This document shows, piece after piece, positions 46,278-52,767 of a stretch of 64,000 nt of DNA. Source of the DNA: Flavobacteriales bacterium (GTDB lineage Bacteria > Bacteroidota > Bacteroidia > Flavobacteriales_D > Sanyastnellaceae); the NCBI GenBank assembly GCA_947504275.1, contig CANNHA010000001.1:12586-76585 (forward strand), in the 5' to 3' direction. A program made the translations under genes and the position numbers. The number at the start of each line of letters is the position of its first letter. The stretch's first letter is position 1. The notes under the pieces are model-generated. The model worked only from the letters and a program-made list of their open reading frames with translations, had not been told where the DNA came from and ran no database searches.

Positions 46278-47231
46278 CTAAAATTCTTGTTCTATGGAGT
46301 ATTCATTTCTATGTGGCGCATTGCGGGCAATAAGCTCTCCAATAAATCCGGCTAAAAACAATTGCGTTCCTATGATCATGCTTGTTAGGGCCAAGTAAAA
46401 AACGGATTGATCAGCTATGTTTTTTTCTGTAATGTCATAGATCAAACAATACATCTTGTTGCCACCTAGCCATAAGAAAGAGAAAAAGCCAATCATAAAA
46501 ACCAAACTGCCTAAAGTTCCAAAGAAGTGCATCGGTTTTTTTCCAAATTTTGAAATGAAAACAATTGATTGTAAATCCAAAAACCCGTTGATAAATCGCT
46601 CCCAACCAAATTTTGAAACACCGTGTTTTCTGGGATAATGTTGAACCACCTTTTCACCAATTTTCTTAAATCCAGCGCGGTGTGCTAGAATGGGAATGTA
46701 ACGGTGCATTTCTCCATAAACTTCAATTCGCTTGACCACCTTGTTTTTGTAGGCTTTGAGCCCGCAGTTGAAATCATTCAATTCAATGCCACTCATTTTG
46801 CGGGTCGCCCAATTGTATAACTTGGTGGGAATGGTTTTGCTGAGGGGGTCGTGTCTTTTTTTCTTGTAGCCGCTGACCAAATCAAAACCTTGTTCGGTGA
46901 TCATTTGGTACAACTCGGGAATCTCGTCTGGTGAATCTTGAAGATCCGCATCCATGGTGATGACCACCTGCCCTTTGGCCCGCTGGAAGCCCACATGCAA
47001 GGCAGCGCTTTTTCCGTAATTCACTGCAAAGCGAATGGCGCGAATGGGGAATTGGGATTTCAATTCCTCAATCTTGTTCCAGGACTGATCGGTGCTGCCG
47101 TCGTCAATCATGATGATTTCGTAGGACAATTGCTGCGCATTGGCCACGCGGTTGATCCACGCGCACAATTCAGGCAATGATTCCTCCTCATTGAAGAGGG
47201 GGACAACGATTGAAAGATTGAGTTGCTCCAT
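46278..47231 (-). CDS. family 2 glycosyltransferase (polyprenol-phosphate glycosyltransferase, GtrB/ArnC-like)
   Basis: LSIVVPLFNEEESL, MIDDGSTD and TMDADLQD motifs, plus two C-terminal TM helices. Confidence 0.85.
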   Translation of the reverse strand: MEQLNLSIVVPLFNEEESLPELCAWINRVANAQQLSYEIIMIDDGSTDQSWNKIEELKSQFPIRAIRFAVNYGKSAALHVGFQRAKGQVVITMDADLQDSPDEIPELYQMITEQGFDLVSGYKKKRHDPLSKTIPTKLYNWATRKMSGIELNDFNCGLKAYKNKVVKRIEVYGEMHRYIPILAHRAGFKKIGEKVVQHYPRKHGVSKFGWERFINGFLDLQSIVFISKFGKKPMHFFGTLGSLVFMIGFFSFLWLGGNKMYCLIYDITEKNIADQSVFYLALTSMIIGTQLFLAGFIGELIARNAPHRNEYSIEQEF

Positions 47232-47270
47232 TGCAACAAAGGTAAACGTTCAAATTGAAATTTATACTTG

Positions 47271-47299
47271 TTTGGAAGATAAGATTGTGATTACATTTG
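47271..47299 (+). promoter_or_regulatory. Bacteroidota-type promoter (TTTG -33 / TACATTTG -7) for the SRP RNA
   Basis: TTTG at 47271-47274 and TACATTTG at 47292-47299 fit the TTTG-N17-21-TAnnTTTG consensus. The predicted start falls near 47306. Confidence 0.45.
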
Positions 47300-47305
47300 C
47301 CCCCG

Positions 47306-47406
47306 AAGGCAAGTCTCATACGACCAGCTCCCGTCAAACCCTCCAGGGTCGGAAGGCAGCAAAGGTAGATGGTTGTAGCGGTGCGATATGAGGGGCTTGC
47401 CTTTAC
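47306..47406 (+). ncRNA. ffs: signal recognition particle RNA (small 4.5S type)
   Basis: Domain IV signature CCAGG-GUC-GGAA-GGC-AGCA at 47344-47362: a GGAA tetraloop with a CAGG/AGCA symmetric loop. Terminal helix ggcaag-tctcata (47308-47320) pairs with tatgagg-ggcttgcc (47387-47401). A T8 run follows at 47407-47414. Ends are approximate. Confidence 0.75.
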
Positions 47407-47416
47407 TTTTTTTTCC

Positions 47417-47929
47417 ATGAGCACCACCATCAACATCCAATCTTACCGTCAAAAGGCCTATCGCGACAAGAAGAAGCTTGCGGCGTTTGTACAAAAGATC
47501 GTCAAAAAAGCGGACAAGTCCATTTATCCTTTGGTAAGAAAAGCGGAGAAGCATGCCTGGCAAAAAATCGATTGCACCCAATGCGGCAATTGTTGCAAGA
47601 CCATGACGCCAACGTGGAAGAAGGCTGAGGTCAAGAAGTTGGCCGCTCATTTGGGCATGACCTATCAGGAGTTTTTTGATAAATGGTTATACATCGAGGA
47701 ATCGACAGGGGACATCTGCAACAACAGCACACCCTGTCAATTTTTGGATGGAAAGAGTGGGTTGTGCACGGTCTATGAATACCGTCCCCATGATTGCGCC
47801 AAGTTTCCGCATTTGCACAGAAAAGATTTCTTTGATCAAGCAGAATTGTACGTTTCCAATCTCCACCGTTGCCCCGCCACTTACGAAGCCATGAAGCATT
47901 TGTATGACTTGGCGAATCAGAAAGGGTGA
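47417..47929 (+). CDS. YkgJ-family cysteine-cluster (zinc/iron-chelating) protein
   Basis: CTQCGNCCKTMTP and CQFLD...LCTVYEYRPHDC motifs. Start set at ATG 47417, after the SRP RNA T-run. Confidence 0.75.
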   Translation: MSTTINIQSYRQKAYRDKKKLAAFVQKIVKKADKSIYPLVRKAEKHAWQKIDCTQCGNCCKTMTPTWKKAEVKKLAAHLGMTYQEFFDKWLYIEESTGDICNNSTPCQFLDGKSGLCTVYEYRPHDCAKFPHLHRKDFFDQAELYVSNLHRCPATYEAMKHLYDLANQKG

Positions 47930-48003
47930 TGAAGGGATGAGGAGATGAAGGGATGAGGAGACAAGTGAGTATTCATTCTCATTCACATTCTCATTTTCAT
48001 TCT
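47921..48003. repeat. left flanking repeat: two perfect 16-bp units GATGAAGGGATGAGGA plus a CATTCTCATT-rich tract
   Basis: Units at 47928-47943 and 47944-47959, read directly. The tract 47971-48003 is attcattctcattcacattctcattttcattct. Confidence 0.85.
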
Positions 48004-48067
48004 GAAAATGTTACCAGTTCCAGCGGAGCGAAACTTTTTATTTTGAAATTGAAATTTAGTCTTAGTT

Positions 48068-48928
48068 TCAAGGCAGTCTCTTTAATACATCTTCTATCAA
48101 ATCATCCATCTTAGAAAACGCAAACCAACGTTTGCCTAAATCTTTCAGTGATGCGCCCAGATGATAGAGGGATTGATTGTCTAAAATAAGAAATCGGTCG
48201 TGAACGTGTTTTAAAATTCGGATTTCAAGGGGTGGAAATTGCGTATTGTGCTTTTGAAGGTCTAGTTTTAGTTGAGGTGTAATTTTTTCAGTATAAATGG
48301 TGCATTCTACTTTTGGATTTCTTTTGGAAAGCTGAATTAATGTGGTTTCGTCAATGTAGTTGTCTATTAATACAATGGATTTTTTAGCGGAGGAAATGAT
48401 TTCACTGCTGAAGACATAGGCATCGAAAACTTGGTCGTTAAAGAATATTCCTTGTTGATTTGTAAGTGGGTTTTCAAATTGTTTCATGAGCCAATTTATT
48501 TTTTCCTCATGTAAGTTAGATTGTCGAAACAAGTGGTTGATGTTGTTGATGATCAATTCGCCATTTCTTTCCTTAGATTTCATCCGTATAAAGGCATCAA
48601 TGATGCCGATACTTATTTGCGCAGCAATTTCGCTGTTGACCAGTGTGGCAATCATTGCCACTCCATATTCTGTGAATGCGACTGGATTTACAGATGAATG
48701 TTTTAGGCTTTCGAACCGGTCGCAATTTGCGACCAGTAGTTTTTTCTCTTCATTGGACAACCTGAAAAAATAATAGTCGGGAAAACGTATGGTGTTGCGT
48801 TTGACTATTTCATTGATTCTTTTGGTCGGGACTTGAAATAATTCGGCGATGTCTCGATCGATCATGATGGATTTGCCTTGAATATTAAAAATTCTACTTT
48901 CAATGTTGGTGTTTTCATGGGTAGTCAT
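48068..48928 (-). CDS. ORF6N/KilA-N DNA-binding domain fused to a PLD/HKD-like domain (HxR variant)
   Basis: N-terminus IFNIQGKSIMIDRDIAELFQVPTKRINEIVKRNTIRFPDYYFFRLS...AFTEYGVAMIATL is ORF6N-like. C-terminus SAKKSIVLIDNY...VECTIYTEK...HVHDRFLILDNQSLYHLGASLKDLGKR has the HKD layout. Confidence 0.7.
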   Translation of the reverse strand: MTTHENTNIESRIFNIQGKSIMIDRDIAELFQVPTKRINEIVKRNTIRFPDYYFFRLSNEEKKLLVANCDRFESLKHSSVNPVAFTEYGVAMIATLVNSEIAAQISIGIIDAFIRMKSKERNGELIINNINHLFRQSNLHEEKINWLMKQFENPLTNQQGIFFNDQVFDAYVFSSEIISSAKKSIVLIDNYIDETTLIQLSKRNPKVECTIYTEKITPQLKLDLQKHNTQFPPLEIRILKHVHDRFLILDNQSLYHLGASLKDLGKRWFAFSKMDDLIEDVLKRLP

Positions 48929-48983
48929 TTTGCAAAGCTCTATCTCTTTTGAAAAATAGGCAACCTATAAATTATGCGCATAA

Positions 48984-49054
48984 AAAGGGGATGAAGTGAT
49001 GGGGACATGAAGTGATAAGTAAAAATTCATTTTCATTATCGTTCTCTTTCCCGC
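48984..49054. repeat. right flanking repeat: two 16-bp units related to the left ones plus an ATTCATTTTCATT tract
   Basis: GATGAAGTGATGGGGA at 48990-49005 and CATGAAGTGATAAGTA at 49006-49021, then attcattttcatt. Same orientation as the left copy. Confidence 0.75.
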
Positions 49055-49118
49055 TCTCTTTCTCGCTCTCTTTCTCGCTCTGTTTTCCGCTCTGTTTCTG
49101 TTTCTCGCTCTCCTTTCC
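49043..49118. repeat. CT-rich 12-bp tandem repeat (consensus TCTCTTTCTCGC, about 6 units)
   Basis: Perfect copies at 49055-49066 and 49067-49078, with degenerate copies on both sides. Read directly. Confidence 0.85.
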
Positions 49119-49143
49119 TATATTAGCCTAAAATTAGAAAAAC

Positions 49144-50400
49144 ATGAAAACGTTTTTTACCCTATCTCTTCATCTCCTCATCACTTCTTTCCTTTGTGCT
49201 CAAGCTCCACAGGGAATACCTTATCAGGCGGTGATGCGCAATGCGGATGGAACAGTGATGGCGAGTAGTGCGGTTGATTTGACTTTTATGATCCACGATG
49301 GATCTGCAACAGGCACTTTGGTTTACCAAGAAAGTCATTCCTTAACCAGCAACGCCCAAGGATTGGTATCTTGTGTGGTGGGAAATGGGGTTGTCTCGCA
49401 AGGCAACTTTGCCAATATCAATTGGGGCAATGGCGCTAAGTTTTTGCATGTGATGATGGGAACAACTGATTTGGGAACGCAGCAGATGTTGAGTGTGCCG
49501 TATGCCTTGCACAGCGCAAGTGCGGCCAACGGCTTCTCCAGTGTATCACAGACAGGAGATACCTTGCACATGGCCAATGGGAATTTTATCATTGTCCCTG
49601 GCATCAGTGCGGCTAATTTTCCTCCTGCTATTTTGGGCTGCACCAATGCACAAGCCTGCAATTACAATGCGGCGGCCACCCAAGATGATGGCTCATGTTT
49701 GATCCAAGGCGCCTCTTGCAATGATGGCAATGCCAACACCACCAATGATGTGATCAATGCCAATTGCCAATGCGCGGGGACAGCCATAGGCAATGGGGTA
49801 TTTATTCCAGGCAATGGGGTAACAGACATTGATGGCACGGTGTACACGAGTATCATCATCAATGGACAAGAGTGGATGCAGCAAAATTTGGCGGTGACGA
49901 AATACCGCAATGGAGATCCCATCCCAACGGGGTTGAGTGATGCGACATGGTCAAGCACAACGAGTGGAGCCTATGCCATTTACAACAACGATGCAGCCAA
50001 CAATGCTACTTATGGCAAATTGTACAATTGGTATGCTGTTAGCGATAGCCGTGGCCTTTGTCCGACCGGTTGGCATTTACCCAGTGGTGCAGAGTGTGCT
50101 ACTTTGGAAACGAACCTTGGCGGGAGTTATGTTGCAGGTGGAAAGATGAAATCCACCACTGGGTGGAATTTACCCAACACTGGCGCCACAAACAGCTCAG
50201 GTTTCACAGCCCTACCTGGCGGTTATCGCTACTCTTATGGACCATATAACAACATTGGCTCCCACGGTTATTGGTGGAGTAGTAATGAGGACTCTTCTTC
50301 CGTCGCTTCGGGTCCCACACTGTTCTCTAGTGATTCCTGGTTTTACTACACCTCTACCTATAAGCAAGTCGGCTTTAGCGTGCGTTGCGTTAGGGATTAG
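49144..50400 (+). CDS. secreted protein with Cys-rich module and C-terminal FISUMP (Fibrobacter succinogenes major paralogous) domain
   Basis: Signal peptide. The C-terminus is DIDGTVYTSIIINGQEWMQQNLAVTKYRNGDPIP...YGKLYNWYAV...GLCPTGWHLPS...GGKMK...TNSSGFTALPGGYR...GYWWSS...GFSVRCVRD. Confidence 0.8.
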   Translation: MKTFFTLSLHLLITSFLCAQAPQGIPYQAVMRNADGTVMASSAVDLTFMIHDGSATGTLVYQESHSLTSNAQGLVSCVVGNGVVSQGNFANINWGNGAKFLHVMMGTTDLGTQQMLSVPYALHSASAANGFSSVSQTGDTLHMANGNFIIVPGISAANFPPAILGCTNAQACNYNAAATQDDGSCLIQGASCNDGNANTTNDVINANCQCAGTAIGNGVFIPGNGVTDIDGTVYTSIIINGQEWMQQNLAVTKYRNGDPIPTGLSDATWSSTTSGAYAIYNNDAANNATYGKLYNWYAVSDSRGLCPTGWHLPSGAECATLETNLGGSYVAGGKMKSTTGWNLPNTGATNSSGFTALPGGYRYSYGPYNNIGSHGYWWSSNEDSSSVASGPTLFSSDSWFYYTSTYKQVGFSVRCVRD

Positions 50401-50406
50401 ATGCAT

Positions 50407-50482
50407 ACAAACCTTTAGGTTTGTTCATCACCGCTGGCATTTAAAAGCCAGCGGTGGGGGAGGTTTCGGCGAAAGCCGAAAC
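50407..50482. other. three consecutive perfect stem-loops
   Basis: H1: acaaacc/ggtttgt, 50407-50424. H2: caccgctggc/gccagcggtg, 50429-50456. H3: gtttcggc-GAAA-gccgaaac, 50463-50482. A T9 run follows at 50494-50502. Confidence 0.8.
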
Positions 50483-50521
50483 GCGGGAGGGCCTTTTTTT
50501 TTGGAGTGTTAGAAAAATGTT

Positions 50522-50552
50522 GGGGCGCATGGCTATGCGCCCCTTTTTTGTA
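50522..50552 (+). terminator. intrinsic terminator
   Basis: ggggcgcat (50522-50530), loop ggct, atgcgcccc (50535-50543), then ttttttgtatttttt. Confidence 0.7.
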
Positions 50553-50601
50553 TTTTTTAATTGGTCTGATAATTCGTATTTTTATACAAAACAATATTGA
50601 C

Positions 50602-50847
50602 ATGAAATCATCTAGCCTTCAATTGAGAAAAATAAGTTTGATTGAATATCTATTGGGAATTCAAGATGAAAAGACATTTGATAAAATTGAATCGTCCATT
50701 CAAAAAAGTTTAAAGTCAATCAAACCGGTTGATATTGTTTTTAGCAAGAATGAGTTAGTGGAGCGGGCTGAGTTTTCAAACATTCAAATTAAAAAGCGTC
50801 ATGTCTTATCTCAAAAAGAATTAGAGACGCAATCTAAAAATTGGTAA
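50602..50847 (+). CDS. putative antitoxin of a ParE/RelE-type TA pair
   Basis: 81 aa, starting MKSSSLQLRKISLIEYLLGIQDEKTFDKIESSI... It resembles the small helical antitoxins found upstream of flavobacterial ParE-like toxins. Its stop is 4 nt before the toxin ATG. Confidence 0.55.
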   Translation: MKSSSLQLRKISLIEYLLGIQDEKTFDKIESSIQKSLKSIKPVDIVFSKNELVERAEFSNIQIKKRHVLSQKELETQSKNW

Positions 50848-50851
50848 GCCC

Positions 50852-51169
50852 ATGCGCCAAATTATTTGGACCAATTTTGCCATTTCGTAATTAAAGAATA
50901 TTTTTTTGTATTACCGCATGGTAGCAGGAGAGAGAACAGCTGTCAAAATCAAGAAGTCCATTTTTGCTGCTACTAAACCCATCATCAAGCATCCTTTGAT
51001 AGGAGCTGAGGAAGAAAATCTAAAAGACCTCAATCAAGGTCATCGTTATATTGTAGAAGGTAATTATAAAATTATTTACCTGATCATCGGAAACGAGATA
51101 TACATAACGGACATTTTTGATTGGAGACAAAACCCAACGAAAATGAAGAGAATGGTATCCAAAGATTGA
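50852..51169 (+). pseudogene. ParE/RelE-family toxin interrupted by an in-frame TAA at codon 13
   Basis: The ATG at 50852 gives MRQIIWTNFAIS, then TAA at 50888-50890. The same frame continues LKNIFLYYRMVAGERTAVKIKKSIF...YRYIVEGNYKIIYLI..IYITDIFDWRQNP, a typical ParE/RelE toxin. Confidence 0.75.
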
Positions 51170-51232
51170 TTTGGGTAGGGGCGTACGACCATAAGCCCCT
51201 GCGGTCAGAATTGTTTTTGTCTTTCCAACTAA

Positions 51233-52762
51233 ATGTTTACCTTTGATTTTGTAAGGAACATCATGGGTATGAACGACAAAGAAAGGGTGATACTCACCCC
51301 CAATCAGAAGGCGCTGAAGATTAATCTCAATCCCGCTATCTACGGCACTTTTGCCGAGATCGGTGCAGGGCAAGAAGTGGTTCGTCATTTCTTCCGCGCC
51401 GGCGGTGCAAGCGGTACCATCGCAAAGGCCATGAGCGCGTATGACAAAGACTTCTCCGATGCCATTTATGGAAAAGAAGCCAAGGGTCGTTATGTGTGTA
51501 AGCCCCGTTTGATTAACATGATCAATCATGAATACCGCTTGATTGAAGAACGTCTGAAGCGTACTGATCATCCCACCAAAACGTTTTTCTCCTTCGCCAA
51601 TACCATTGCCACCATCAACTTTTCCAAGACCGTGCAAGGTCATGGATGGATGGGGGTGAAGTTTCAAACGGATCCTTCTAAAGAACCCAATGAAATCATC
51701 CTTCACGCCCGCTTTCACGAGCAAGACGCATTGTTGCAACAAGCCACAACGGGTATCCTTGGTGTGAACTTGATTTATGGTTGCTTCAACCTGTACCAGA
51801 ATCCAAAAGAACTTTTGTTGTCCTTGTACGATAACCTTCACCGCGACCAAGTGGAGATTGACATGATCGAAATGATCGGTCCTGACTTTGCTGAGGTGGA
51901 CAACCGCCTGCTCTCCCTTCAATTGGTGAAGAACGGCATGACTGAGGCGGTTATCTTCTCTCCGGACGGAGCCAATTTGCAGGCTGCGGATGTGTTGTAC
52001 AAGAAGAACATCTTGGCCATCAGGGGTTCATTCCGTCCGGTGACCAAAGTGAATATCGATATGATTCTCAAAGGAATGAAACACTTCCAAGAGGATCCCA
52101 AAGTAGATCCAGAACAGATTCAAGTTCTGTTTGAAATTACGCTCAATAACCTTTCTGCCGCAGGTGAGGTGGATGAACAAGACTTCTTGGATCGCGCAGA
52201 CATTCTTTGTTCTTTAGGACAAACTGTTTTGGTATCCAATTTCTCTCAGTATTACAAGTTGGTGGAGTATTTCTCTACCCATACTTCCAAGCGCATGGGC
52301 ATTATCTTGGGTGCCAACATGTTGTATCAGTTGTTTGATGAGAAGTATTACCGTGATGTCAATGGAGGCATCTTGGAAGTGTTTGGTGTGATGTTCTCTC
52401 GCGATCTGAAGATGTATGTTTACCCTTGGAGAGAGCAGGATACTGGTCAATTGGAGACAGTTGAAAATGCCGACATCCATCCGCGCATCAAACCGTTGTA
52501 TGATTACTTGGTTTTCAACAAGCGTCTGAAAGACATTGAGGATTACAACCCAGACATCTTAGATATTTTCTCACGTGATGTGTTGGCCATGATCAAAGCG
52601 GGCTATTCTGGATGGGAGCGCATGGTGCCTACCTACGTAGATACCATCATCAAAGATTATCAATTGTTTGGCTATTTGCCCAATATCGAGAAAGACCCGA
52701 GTTATCAGCCACCAGACAGGGTGCAGAAGTATCTGCAAGGTCAATTGGAATCAAAGTCTTAA
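51233..52762 (+). CDS. conserved Bacteroidota protein of unknown function (~500 aa)
   Basis: Long ORF with coding-like composition and the N-terminal motif YGTFAEIGAGQEVVRHFFRAGGASGTIAKAMSAYDK. The start may be ATG 51263 or 51269. Confidence 0.7.
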   Translation: MFTFDFVRNIMGMNDKERVILTPNQKALKINLNPAIYGTFAEIGAGQEVVRHFFRAGGASGTIAKAMSAYDKDFSDAIYGKEAKGRYVCKPRLINMINHEYRLIEERLKRTDHPTKTFFSFANTIATINFSKTVQGHGWMGVKFQTDPSKEPNEIILHARFHEQDALLQQATTGILGVNLIYGCFNLYQNPKELLLSLYDNLHRDQVEIDMIEMIGPDFAEVDNRLLSLQLVKNGMTEAVIFSPDGANLQAADVLYKKNILAIRGSFRPVTKVNIDMILKGMKHFQEDPKVDPEQIQVLFEITLNNLSAAGEVDEQDFLDRADILCSLGQTVLVSNFSQYYKLVEYFSTHTSKRMGIILGANMLYQLFDEKYYRDVNGGILEVFGVMFSRDLKMYVYPWREQDTGQLETVENADIHPRIKPLYDYLVFNKRLKDIEDYNPDILDIFSRDVLAMIKAGYSGWERMVPTYVDTIIKDYQLFGYLPNIEKDPSYQPPDRVQKYLQGQLESKS

Positions 52763-52767
52763 ACGTA

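Noticed and set aside
47140-47650. ORFs 47140..47391 (+), 47188..47436 (-) and 47291..47650 (-), plus the 5' extension of 47369..47929, all overlapping the SRP RNA.
   Set aside because: The region is better explained by the 4.5S RNA, with its promoter and T-run. The real YkgJ-like protein most plausibly starts at ATG 47417.
49043-49118. Considered whether the CT-rich tandem repeat could be a degenerate CRISPR array.
   Set aside because: The units are contiguous 12-mers with no spacers. There is no repeat of CRISPR length and no cas genes in the window.
50250-50500. Considered a diversity-generating retroelement targeting the C-terminus of the FISUMP protein (VR/TR pair plus hairpins).
   Set aside because: There is no second copy of the gene's 3' end, no reverse transcriptase anywhere in the window, and the hairpins show no similarity to the coding sequence.
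51020-51922. 300-aa minus-strand ORF overlapping the toxin pseudogene and the start of the 509-aa gene.
   Set aside because: It is antisense to a much longer ORF with clear protein-like motifs. Its own sequence is G/V/H/L-rich with no motif, as expected of a shadow ORF in a GC-richer gene.
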